Shown here piece after piece: positions 8,914 through 17,429 of a DNA stretch of 32,313 bases. A program made the translations under genes and the position numbers. Position 1 is the first letter of the stretch. Every line of letters begins with the position of its first letter. Source of the DNA: Candidatus Omnitrophota bacterium (GTDB lineage Bacteria > Omnitrophota > Gorgyraeia > 2-01-FULL-45-10); assembly GCA_023247385.1 (NCBI GenBank), contig JAHFGO010000002.1, forward strand, positions 5,220-37,532, in the 5' to 3' direction. Below the pieces are notes generated by a model. That model searched no databases, was not told the DNA's origin, and saw only the letters and a list, made by a program, of their open reading frames with translations.

Positions 8914-10335
8914 TTATCCCCCAGCAATGTCCTTAGCAACCTTACACGCTGAAAGCATTGAAGGCATCACCCCTCCCCCGTATCCCGCCCAATGTCCTAC
9001 CACATGAAAATTGCCCGCTATGTTCCGCATGAAAGGCAGATTTTCCAAAAAACCCGCTTCTTGCTCCCAGCCGTATGCAGCTCCAAAGGTATTACCCGTA
9101 TAACGTTGCAGCGTGCACGGGCCAGCGATGCTTTGGTATACAATTCGATTGGCAATCCCTGGTACAATTTTACTCAATTCAGCTACCAGTCTTTTACCAA
9201 TATCATCCTTGGATATCGCTGTAGAGTGTTTATTGTAGCACATCGGCCAATGGATTACAATACTGCCGCATTCTTTAGGGGCTACCGATGAATCCAGCGC
9301 AGAAGGAAAACTCAAGCCAAAAGAGGCGTGTGCATTCTTGTTTAGCATTCCATCGAGATCGTAGGAATTAAAATACCCCAGGTCCGGCGGCAGGCCGTAG
9401 CTGCGTAAATTATCATTAACCCCTATATAAACCATAACGAACGATCCCGAAACCTTCATCTTCTTTATTTTATTAACCTTCTCCTTATCTACTGCGCAAC
9501 CTTCCATTAATCTAATAACGGTCTTGATATCCATATTTGAAATGATATGCGCGGCCTTCACTTTACGGCCGCCTTTTGTAACAATGCCTGTTGTGTTTGT
9601 TTCGTCATAGAGAATGCGGGTAACTTCTTCGGTAAAGAAAACCTCACCTCCGCGATTCCTTAACGCGCCTACAAGCGCATTACTCAATCCCTGAATGCCG
9701 CCACGGATCCGAAATGCCCCTCCCCTCACATAGTGTATCAGAATATTTGAAAGAGCAATCGCTGATGCCTCCCGCGCGGGCAATCCCAAAAAGGTACAAT
9801 ATGTAGAAAGCACTGATTTAAGCTTCTCGTCAGAAATAAAAGAGGACAGCAGGTCGTAAAACGATATCTCCATGAAATCATATAGCAGGCTCCCATCGCC
9901 CGTACCACACATCGTCTGAAGCGATGACATATATATTTTTTCCATCGCGGAAAAAGATCTATCGATCCCTTCCTGCTCTGCTGGAAATATCATTTTTAAG
10001 GTGTCTTTATACTGGGTGACATCGGCAGGAATATCGACAGCCATATCGGGGAATATATTGCGGCGCAAAGGATTTAATTCAATAAAATCAAGTTCATCCC
10101 ATATCCCAAGTTTTTCTTCTATTATATGACGCAACGGCTCATCCTTACGCAGCCCTCCAATCGAATCAACACACGCATCAAATGTATATCCATCAACCGA
10201 AAATGAAGAACAGTAGCCTCCCGGCCGTTTTTCTTTCTCAAACACAGCAACGCGCGCCCCTTTTTTTGCTAAAAGGAGGGCGCACGTTAATCCCCCAATT
10301 CCTCCGCCGATAATCACCGCGTCATACTTATTCAT
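8914..10335 (-). CDS. FAD-dependent oxidoreductase, phytoene desaturase (CrtI)-like family
   Basis: 473 aa. N-terminal dinucleotide fold 'YDAVIIGGGIGGLTCALLLAKKGARVAVFEKEKRPGGYC'. Length and C-terminal 'GHWAGYGGGVMPSMLSA' are typical of CrtI/amine-oxidase-fold enzymes. Confidence 0.85.
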   Translation of the reverse strand: MNKYDAVIIGGGIGGLTCALLLAKKGARVAVFEKEKRPGGYCSSFSVDGYTFDACVDSIGGLRKDEPLRHIIEEKLGIWDELDFIELNPLRRNIFPDMAVDIPADVTQYKDTLKMIFPAEQEGIDRSFSAMEKIYMSSLQTMCGTGDGSLLYDFMEISFYDLLSSFISDEKLKSVLSTYCTFLGLPAREASAIALSNILIHYVRGGAFRIRGGIQGLSNALVGALRNRGGEVFFTEEVTRILYDETNTTGIVTKGGRKVKAAHIISNMDIKTVIRLMEGCAVDKEKVNKIKKMKVSGSFVMVYIGVNDNLRSYGLPPDLGYFNSYDLDGMLNKNAHASFGLSFPSALDSSVAPKECGSIVIHWPMCYNKHSTAISKDDIGKRLVAELSKIVPGIANRIVYQSIAGPCTLQRYTGNTFGAAYGWEQEAGFLENLPFMRNIAGNFHVVGHWAGYGGGVMPSMLSACKVAKDIAGG

Positions 10336-10345
10336 GATTCTAAAT

Positions 10346-10486
10346 CATATGTGTCCAAAATAGGCAATGTTTCCTTAACGAGAATATGATTTTGAGATTC
10401 GATTCCAAAATACCCCCTCACCCTACCCTCTCCCCCTTTAGGGGGAGAGGAAAAAGGTGAGGGGGAAGAGCTTATTTTGGACAGCA
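10346..10486. mobile_element. MITE-like non-coding insertion flanked by a 12-bp direct duplication
   Basis: ATGATTCTAAAT occurs at 10334-10345 and again at 10487-10498. Just inside lie inverted repeats TGTCCAAAATA (10352-10362) and TATTTTGGACA (10473-10483). The centre is a 53-nt GC-rich hairpin (10413-10465). There is no ORF. Removing the element would leave fabG-TAG-AATC-ATG-crtI-like, matching the tight spacing elsewhere in the operon. Confidence 0.5.
10413..10465 (-). terminator. Strong GC-rich hairpin inside the MITE-like element, possibly an intrinsic terminator/attenuator
   Basis: CCCCCTCACC/GGTGAGGGGG and CCTCTCCCCC/GGGGGAGAGG form two perfect 10-bp stems, with a TTTA loop and a small internal loop. 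On the minus-strand RNA the hairpin is followed by UAUUUUGG. A U-rich stretch also follows on the plus strand. Confidence 0.35.
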
Positions 10487-10492
10487 ATGATT

Positions 10493-11245
10493 CTAAATAC
10501 CTAATCCTCCGTCGATTAAAAGCGTCTGGCCAGCGATATAATCTGAGTGATTAGAAGCGAGGAATAGTACTGCCCCAACAATATCACCTACCGTGCCAAT
10601 TCTACCCAGAGGAATTCCCTGTATTAATTCTTTAAGCGCTTCTTTGTCCATATCTTTAAGGATATCCGTCTCTATCAAGCCGGGGGCAACAGCATTAACC
10701 TGGATGCCAAACCTACCTAATTCACGGGCAACGGCGCGGGTAAAGCTTATAACGCCTCCCTTGGAAGCAGCATAATTCGCCTGGCCTGCGAGCCCTTTAA
10801 ACGCACTTAATGAAGACATGTTAATGATCTTGCCTTCGTGCTGCCGCATCATAATCCGCGATACCCATTTGGTGACATAATAAACGCTTTTTAGATTTGT
10901 ATCTATGACTTCCACCCAATCCTCATCACTCATTAAGGCAAGAAAAGAATCTCGTTTTAACCCGGCGTTATTTATTAAGATATCGATGCGTTCGTAGCGT
11001 TTGACTACCTCATCGACCATCCGCTCTACCTCTTTACCATTTGTCACATCCGCGCGCAATGCCTCAATAGCGCAGTGTTTATTTTGCAGCGACTCCACCA
11101 GTGATGTTATTTCCTTCTCGCTTTTATGATAGTTAGCAATTACGCGCGCGCCGCATAGACTCAAGGACTCGGCAATCGCTCTGCCTATCCCGCGGCTTGC
11201 TCCAGTAACAAGCGCTACCTTATTTTTAAAATACGCCTCTTCCAC
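10493..11245 (-). CDS. fabG: 3-oxoacyl-ACP reductase (SDR, FabG family)
   Basis: 'VALVTGASRGIGRAIA' (TGxxxGxG), 'NNAG', 'YAASKGG' (YxxxK) and 'PGLIETD'. The long ORF (to 11392) overlaps the upstream gene by 119 nt. I trimmed it to the GTG at 11245, preceded by GGGAGG with 5-nt spacing, which gives a typical 250-aa FabG. Confidence 0.85.
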   Translation of the reverse strand: MEEAYFKNKVALVTGASRGIGRAIAESLSLCGARVIANYHKSEKEITSLVESLQNKHCAIEALRADVTNGKEVERMVDEVVKRYERIDILINNAGLKRDSFLALMSDEDWVEVIDTNLKSVYYVTKWVSRIMMRQHEGKIINMSSLSAFKGLAGQANYAASKGGVISFTRAVARELGRFGIQVNAVAPGLIETDILKDMDKEALKELIQGIPLGRIGTVGDIVGAVLFLASNHSDYIAGQTLLIDGGLGI

Positions 11246-11273
11246 ATTCGCCTCCCAAAGGCCTGAAAACAAC

Positions 11274-12650
11274 TCATCCCAAATATCCCCATAACGGCCC
11301 TTCACGATAAGTTTCTCGTAAAATTGAGTACATTGCTTCCGAGCTTCTAATCCCCAATCCCGGAACAACGCAATGGAAGTTAGCCAGGGCAAACTCTTTA
11401 ACTTTTACCATCAATTCATCAGTAGATATTTCAGAAGATAAATAAAAACGCGGAAACAAAAGACTCGCGCGTGCCGTGATAACTCCTTCGCGGATACTTA
11501 TTTTCTCCAATTCCGTTCCAGGATAAATACGAATTCCTAGCATGGCGATAATGGCATCGCCTTCAAGCTTACGAATTGCCTCAATCCCTTCCTTTAATGA
11601 AGCGTGGTTTTCGCCTGGCGCGCCAAAAATGATATAATGCGCGCATTTGATGCCAATCTCATTACACAATCGACTTGCTCGCAGCACCTCTTTTATCGTA
11701 AATGGCTTACGCAGCTTTGCCAATACCCTATCGGATAATGCGTCAGAACCAAACTCGACGTGCGTGCATCCTGCCTTTTTCATGAGCTTAAGAAGTTTCT
11801 TAGAAATACCATGCGGGGAAGCGAAGCAGCTCCAATGCATCTTTACATTCTTCTTCAATAGCGCCTCGCATACCGCTGCTGCATGTTCGGGAGGATATGT
11901 AAATACGTCATCCACGAAAAAGATATGGGGTACTGCATATTTTTTCTGCAGGAGACGCATCTCTTCGGCTATTATTTCTGGCGCCCTAAGCCGATAACTC
12001 CTGCCTTCGATCAAAGGATAGGTGCAATACGCACATTTAAAACCGCATCCCCGCTTAGTCTGCACATTCGCCATTCCGGCGAATTTTACATACATGCGAT
12101 TATCAACAAGACTGTAATCCAACACGGAATCGATCGAATGGTTCAAAGACCTCGCTCGGTTGCCGCGGATCCTGCCCTCCTGTTTCCAGAGAAGGTTGTC
12201 GATCGTTTTATAGTTCTTTTCGTCTCTACTAAAACGCGTCAGGAGTTCGGCCAGCGCATCCTCCCCCTCGCCTACGATTCCCCATTTACAGTTCAGGAAT
12301 GATAATATTTCTTTAGGGAAAAGAGAGAATGCCGACCCGCCCAAAACGAGAGGCGCACGCGTATAAAGTTTGATAGCCTTTATGACCTCTTTCACGGCAG
12401 GTAAATAAGAAACGCTTTGAGGAAAGGTGAGATTGTCAATGTTGCGCAGTGATATGCCAACAAAATCTGGGGCTATCCGTTCTATAGATCTTTTGATATC
12501 GTCATGCGCATCCGCGCTGAAACAGAGATCGAGTATTGAAACACTAAACCCAGCCCTCCTAAGCGCATGCGCAATGTATAAAAGACCGAGGGGTGCTACG
12601 GGATATGGGACCTTCTCCTGATTTGCTGAAACCAGCAATACTTTTTTCAT
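11274..12650 (-). CDS. B12-binding-domain radical SAM enzyme (class B-like)
   Basis: 458 aa. N-terminal cobalamin-binding-type fold ('KVLLVSANQEKVPYPVAPLGLLYIAHALRRAGFSVSILD'), then the radical SAM cluster motif 'TKRGCGFKCAYCTY' (CxxxCxxC). Confidence 0.9.
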   Translation of the reverse strand: MKKVLLVSANQEKVPYPVAPLGLLYIAHALRRAGFSVSILDLCFSADAHDDIKRSIERIAPDFVGISLRNIDNLTFPQSVSYLPAVKEVIKAIKLYTRAPLVLGGSAFSLFPKEILSFLNCKWGIVGEGEDALAELLTRFSRDEKNYKTIDNLLWKQEGRIRGNRARSLNHSIDSVLDYSLVDNRMYVKFAGMANVQTKRGCGFKCAYCTYPLIEGRSYRLRAPEIIAEEMRLLQKKYAVPHIFFVDDVFTYPPEHAAAVCEALLKKNVKMHWSCFASPHGISKKLLKLMKKAGCTHVEFGSDALSDRVLAKLRKPFTIKEVLRASRLCNEIGIKCAHYIIFGAPGENHASLKEGIEAIRKLEGDAIIAMLGIRIYPGTELEKISIREGVITARASLLFPRFYLSSEISTDELMVKVKEFALANFHCVVPGLGIRSSEAMYSILRETYREGPLWGYLG

Positions 12651-12653
12651 AAT

Positions 12654-13961
12654 CTAGTTAAGGTTTTTGAGCAACCGACTGACGGAAATGTGAAAACCGA
12701 TATTCATAGGCCAGGAGAAAAGAGGGTATGCCTTTGACCTATGAAGCCTCTTAAATATAGAATAACTTGAGTACGATTTCTTCAGCGCCCACCGGTAACC
12801 CTTGCTTAATGTCTCGGCGCTCATTCTCCTGGGATGAAAAACCACATGTGATGTGTCGTAGTTACTCCAGTCGTGATCGAATATCCTGCCTTCTTTATTC
12901 AAGTCATCGAAAACCCTCGTCCCTGGATAAGGAGTCATGATGCCTAAATAAACGGCCTCGAGCCCAGATTGCTTGAGAAACTGCCAGTATGTTTCGAATA
13001 CCGTTTCGTCATCCTGGTCAAACCCAAATATAAAAGACCCCATAATCCCTATCCCATAGCTCTGAATCGTACGGATTGCGGCGAGATATTCTTTGGTTAC
13101 ATTTGGCTTCTTCCCTACATCTTTAAGCACCTCGTCGGAAAGCGATTCAAAGCCTATCAGAAAGCCCATACACCCGCTTTCTTTCGCAAGGGCTAAAAGC
13201 TCTTCATCTTTAGCCAAATCCATAGAAGTCTGGCCCAGCCAATTAAGTTTATAAGGTTTGATTCTTTCAAATAACTCCCGCGCATGATTCCGATCGCCGA
13301 TAATATTATCATCTACAAAGAAGACCACATTTTTTATACTGAATCTTGTTGTAGTAGGTTTAAACATTGCGATTTCTTTTACGACTTCATCTACCGGACG
13401 CACCCGGTACTTTCCTCCGAAAAATCTGGTTACAGAACAAAAATGGCAGCCAAAAGGGCATCCGCGCGTAGTTTCCACAAACTCAACAGGCACATATTTA
13501 TCCTTGTTGAGCAAATTCCGTTTCATGGGGATAAAGGAGCTCGGGTTGACATGTGCTTCCGCCTTATACACCTTCTTCAGCGCGCCTCGCTTAAAATCAT
13601 CGATGAGCTGGTGCCAAACTTGTTCCGCTTCTCCTATAACGATGGTATCGGCATGATGGATCGCCTCGTCCGGACACGCGCTCACATGCATCCCCCCCAT
13701 CACCACGGTTACGCCTCGCCTGCGAAACTCTTCCGCAATTTCATATGCCCGCGGCGCCAAAGGAGTCATGATCGTAATCCCAACCAGATCATACGGAGCA
13801 TCGAAATTAATTTGTTCGACCCGCTCATCAATGATAGTCACTTCGACATCGGGAGGAGCATGGGTGGAAAGGATGGGGAGGCTCAGGAAAGGGAGATTAA
13901 AAGCGAATCCTTCCCCTAAAAATTTACTTTTTGCAATTGGCGCTACAAGTAAAAGCCTCAT
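12654..13961 (-). CDS. B12-binding-domain radical SAM enzyme (class B-like), second copy
   Basis: 435 aa. 'MRLLLVAP...' B12-type N-domain ('VVMGGMHVSACPDEA'), then 'TTRGCPFGCHFCSV' (CxxxCxxC). 3-nt gap to the next gene. Confidence 0.9.
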   Translation of the reverse strand: MRLLLVAPIAKSKFLGEGFAFNLPFLSLPILSTHAPPDVEVTIIDERVEQINFDAPYDLVGITIMTPLAPRAYEIAEEFRRRGVTVVMGGMHVSACPDEAIHHADTIVIGEAEQVWHQLIDDFKRGALKKVYKAEAHVNPSSFIPMKRNLLNKDKYVPVEFVETTRGCPFGCHFCSVTRFFGGKYRVRPVDEVVKEIAMFKPTTTRFSIKNVVFFVDDNIIGDRNHARELFERIKPYKLNWLGQTSMDLAKDEELLALAKESGCMGFLIGFESLSDEVLKDVGKKPNVTKEYLAAIRTIQSYGIGIMGSFIFGFDQDDETVFETYWQFLKQSGLEAVYLGIMTPYPGTRVFDDLNKEGRIFDHDWSNYDTSHVVFHPRRMSAETLSKGYRWALKKSYSSYSIFKRLHRSKAYPLFSWPMNIGFHISVSRLLKNLN

Positions 13962-14994
13962 CTTTTATCCTCCAGCACGTGGGGTCGCTTGCCAAATAGT
14001 CGCCTGTCATGTTATAGGCGTTACCGCGGCACCCGTAGCAGTTTTCGTGATGACCGCATGTTTTGCATGGGCCTTTTATGGTGGTACGAATTTGCGATAA
14101 TTCATGCATTACCTTACTGTTTCGTAGTATTGAGGACAATTTCGCGGTTCGAATATTGCCAAGCTGTATGTCAATGCCAACACAAGGCTGAATAAATCCC
14201 TGTGAATTTAAAGTACAACTGTATAGATGTCTCTTGCAAAAAAATCCAGCAATAGGAGGACATGCATCCCATGTAAACTCAAATTCATTTTTATCGATTT
14301 GTACAAGGTTTTCGAATAAGCGTTGAATCGTTTCTTTGTCGGGGAAAATGTCGTTGTGCTCAATTGCCGATCCCTTACGCGTTATGCACTCTACATACGG
14401 AAGTATATTATTGTTACGCGCCCATCGCCATATTGTAGGAATTTCTTTTATGGTATAAGTAGTCACAATCGTTTCTATTCCTAGATTATGCTTTTTATCC
14501 GGATAGCCTGCTTTGCGAAGATAGGCGAAGCCCCGCATCATTGAAGCATATGCGCCATCACAACCGGTAAGCTGATCGAACGACTTTTCTTTCATGCTGG
14601 AATATTTTATAACCGGGACAACTTCATTATCAAATAGAAATTTTGCCATTTCAGCATTAATTAGTGTGCCGTTTGTAAACAGCACGTGTTCCATGCCTAG
14701 CTTATGCACATAGTGAATGATATCTCGCAGTTTAACATCTAGTAGAGGTTCACCGGCTCCGACATAAATAATCTTACGCGCGCCTAATGCCTTAGCCTGA
14801 CTTACGGCATCGAAAATTTCTTCTTGCTCTAGCTCATTTTCTCTAAAAAGATTTTTACCCGCGTAGCAGTACACGCAACGCAGGTTGCACCGACTTGACA
14901 ACTCAATTTCCATAGACAGAAGTTGATTATTCTTTGATGCAAAAGCTATTTCTTCATCGCTGAATCCTAAGACTCTCTGCATTTTACGTATCAT
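13924..14994 (-). CDS. Radical SAM enzyme with C-terminal SPASM-type auxiliary cluster domain
   Basis: 356 aa. 'IELSSRCNLRCVYCYA' (CxxxCxxC). C-terminal Cys-rich 'CVGIDIQLGN...CKTCGHHENCYGCRGNAY' matches the SPASM CxxCxxxxxCxxC pattern. 38-nt overlap with the downstream gene. Confidence 0.85.
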   Translation of the reverse strand: MIRKMQRVLGFSDEEIAFASKNNQLLSMEIELSSRCNLRCVYCYAGKNLFRENELEQEEIFDAVSQAKALGARKIIYVGAGEPLLDVKLRDIIHYVHKLGMEHVLFTNGTLINAEMAKFLFDNEVVPVIKYSSMKEKSFDQLTGCDGAYASMMRGFAYLRKAGYPDKKHNLGIETIVTTYTIKEIPTIWRWARNNNILPYVECITRKGSAIEHNDIFPDKETIQRLFENLVQIDKNEFEFTWDACPPIAGFFCKRHLYSCTLNSQGFIQPCVGIDIQLGNIRTAKLSSILRNSKVMHELSQIRTTIKGPCKTCGHHENCYGCRGNAYNMTGDYLASDPTCWRIKDEAFTCSANCKK

Positions 14995-15007
14995 TGCAGC
15001 CCCTTAT

Positions 15008-16315
15008 TTATTTTGTTGTTGCGTTCCTGTGATCGATAAAGGTTTTCGGTTTTCTATTTTTTCCATTATCGCTTTGCAGTGAATATACTTCTCCAATTGA
15101 AGCGAATTTCAATATTGGAACTACGCGTGCTCTCGCTGCAATTTGTGCAGAGAGCAAACGCTTAAATGACTCGCTCCTTTTTTTTGAGCCTACTTTTATT
15201 ACTACTTTGTCAGAAAGATCATCACCTGTAAATGCTTCGATTACATAATTATACACACCATCGATACTCGCTATCGCATTCTCAATCGCCTTCGGATACA
15301 CCTTTGTGCCCCTATACTTTAGCATATGGGCCTTTCTTCCCATGATTGGTCCAATACGCGAAGAGTTTCGTCCGCATGCGCAAGGCTTGGTGATTTTAAA
15401 GGTAATGTCGCCCGTGCAATAACGTAAAAGAGGCATACCTCGCGTTTGAAGGGTAGTAAGCACAAGCTCACCCATTGCTCCATCAGGAACTACATTTCCA
15501 TTTTCGTCAATAATCTCAGTAATAATCAAATCTGAATGCTCGTGCCCGCCATGTTTAAACTTGCATTCGCAATAAGAGATAGCCGCTTCGCTATTGCCGA
15601 ATGTAGAATAAAGGTCTAACGGCCATGTTTTCTGCAATAATTCGCCGATACCACTTAAACGAAAATCTTGATCTCTAATGCTGTCCCCTACCAATAACGC
15701 CTTTTTAACTGATAACGACAAGGGGTTGCCCCCTCCCTCCATTATCTCTTTTCCTAATTGCAGCAAAAATGACGGTACAGTCATGATACCGGTGGGCTTA
15801 AGTTTTTGCAAAAGAAGTATCTGCCTTTTTATGTTATGCATACCCGCGCGATATACGCCTGCCCCTAGTTCTATAATGCCTAGATAATATGCGATGCCAG
15901 CCATAAAAAGATTATCCACAGTCACTGCTAAATGAAATATATCGTTCGCAGTAGCGCCTGCGCATGAAAAGCTATAGACTTCGTTAAGCGCCAAACGCTG
16001 CAGATCGTGTTTGGTTAAAACGATAAATACGGGCTCACCTGTCGTTCCGGTTGTAGCGACAATATCTGCAATTTCTCTTTTATCAACACAATAAAAACTA
16101 TTATTATATTTTTGCAATTGCTCCTTTTTTGTAAGAGGCAATGTTGCAAGACTCTGCATTGATTTTATATCGGAATATTTTATTTTGGTTTTCCGAAGCA
16201 CGTTTTTATAAAATGGGGAATTTTTACTTGCATAACACACCATCTCTCGTAAAAGGCGGACTTGCTCCCTCTCGATTGTGCTTTTGGATTTAAATTCAAG
16301 AGCCTTTTTTAACAC
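15008..16315 (-). CDS. Adenylate-forming enzyme, phenylacetate-CoA ligase (PaaK)/F390-synthetase-like
   Basis: 435 aa, the size of the short PaaK-type ANL enzymes. 'ATTGTTGEPVFIVL' (P-loop-like A3 motif), 'YSTFGNSEA' and 'RYCTGDITF' (A8-like). Confidence 0.75.
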   Translation of the reverse strand: MLKKALEFKSKSTIEREQVRLLREMVCYASKNSPFYKNVLRKTKIKYSDIKSMQSLATLPLTKKEQLQKYNNSFYCVDKREIADIVATTGTTGEPVFIVLTKHDLQRLALNEVYSFSCAGATANDIFHLAVTVDNLFMAGIAYYLGIIELGAGVYRAGMHNIKRQILLLQKLKPTGIMTVPSFLLQLGKEIMEGGGNPLSLSVKKALLVGDSIRDQDFRLSGIGELLQKTWPLDLYSTFGNSEAAISYCECKFKHGGHEHSDLIITEIIDENGNVVPDGAMGELVLTTLQTRGMPLLRYCTGDITFKITKPCACGRNSSRIGPIMGRKAHMLKYRGTKVYPKAIENAIASIDGVYNYVIEAFTGDDLSDKVVIKVGSKKRSESFKRLLSAQIAARARVVPILKFASIGEVYSLQSDNGKNRKPKTFIDHRNATTK

Positions 16316-16344
16316 AACATCGTCCTTGTATAGTGAATCATGCT

Positions 16345-17418
16345 TTATTTTCGTTTCCGCGTAAACGCGGGGGACTCAACAAGCATCTTAACGGCACTGC
16401 CGTTACTACCTATATTTGAATACAAAATACTTTCTTGCGTTCGACCAAAAGGACACCATTTAGTATTTTTAGGTAAATTAAAAAGATCGGCGCTTAGCGC
16501 CACACCTAGCACACCTGCCGCATCAAAAACATTACCTATCACATCGCTCAAGAAAAAAAATTTATCCTGTTCTTTGGTTATTTCAGATTTGTTTTTATTA
16601 TAGCTAAAGACGTTATCTCCCAAATTATTTCCCAAATAGACTATTTCTGGGATATCCTGATGAAAGCACCCAGGCGCTTCATCATTAACGCCTGACACAG
16701 ATTTTTTATGCATAATTTTTTCTATCTGTTCTTGTGTGAAGATAGTTCTCTGCTGGTCTTTTAAAATAGCGATAGGTCTTCTGTTAGCAAGCGTCGCATT
16801 CTTCATTTTCTCCAACACAAGCATTCCTGCAGATTCGTATCCAAAACCAGAGGCGTAAAATTCATCGCTTAAATTGTTGTCTATAATACTAACGCCCCCT
16901 ACAAAAGCCATATCGCACTCATCTGCAACAAGCGCGTCGCACGCCGCAAGTATCGCCTCAGCAGAAGAAGTACTCCCGCCCACAAAAGTAAGGTTGGGCC
17001 CTTTAGCGTCTATTTGAATTGCCAACCACGACGCAAGTGAATTCGCGTTGGTAAATGGGAACAATGTTGAGCTTGTTAAAGCAGGGCCGCTTTTTTTATA
17101 GAGACGAAAGAATTCGGTTTTGAATTCTTCGATTCCATAGCTATTTCCCAAAAAAATGCCTGTTCGCTCTGGTGATGGCAATCCCATTTTTAATCCCGCT
17201 GCGTGTGATGCTTTTAAAAATGCTGTCAATAATAGCTTCTGAATCCGGTATAGTTCACGCGGCCCGGTATTTAGGGAAGCGATTTCTTTTTCGTACATCT
17301 GGAGATCGATTTGCTGTGTTATTTTTTTCCCCAATACAATATTCTCACACAATGCAAACGCAGTCTCGCCTGCGCTGCTTAAGACACACTCCCCAGTAAT
17401 AGCAATCTCCGTTTCCAT
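16345..17418 (-). CDS. Ketosynthase-like partner subunit (CLF-like; active-site Cys and both His absent)
   Basis: ORF trimmed to the ATG at 17418 (METEIAITGE...), 12 nt after the upstream KS stop. KS fold ('IAITGECVLSSAGE'), but 'FVGGSTSSAEAILAA' replaces the Cys motif and 'IGNVFDAAGVLG' replaces GH..GA.G. Confidence 0.7.
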   Translation of the reverse strand: METEIAITGECVLSSAGETAFALCENIVLGKKITQQIDLQMYEKEIASLNTGPRELYRIQKLLLTAFLKASHAAGLKMGLPSPERTGIFLGNSYGIEEFKTEFFRLYKKSGPALTSSTLFPFTNANSLASWLAIQIDAKGPNLTFVGGSTSSAEAILAACDALVADECDMAFVGGVSIIDNNLSDEFYASGFGYESAGMLVLEKMKNATLANRRPIAILKDQQRTIFTQEQIEKIMHKKSVSGVNDEAPGCFHQDIPEIVYLGNNLGDNVFSYNKNKSEITKEQDKFFFLSDVIGNVFDAAGVLGVALSADLFNLPKNTKWCPFGRTQESILYSNIGSNGSAVKMLVESPAFTRKRK

Positions 17419-17429
17419 CTCTTTTAAGA

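Noticed and set aside
11246-11392. 49-codon N-terminal extension of the FabG ORF
   Set aside because: It overlaps the 3' end of the upstream radical SAM gene by 119 nt and adds non-SDR sequence. A GTG with a GGGAGG RBS at 11245 gives a canonical-length FabG.
16553-16560. Homopolymer runs (8 nt) inside coding regions (16553-16560 in the CLF-like gene, 17503-17510 in the KS gene) as phase-variation tracts
   Set aside because: A/T runs of 8 are expected in AT-rich coding sequence that encodes Lys or Phe. Both genes are in frame, and nothing else suggests slipped-strand switching.
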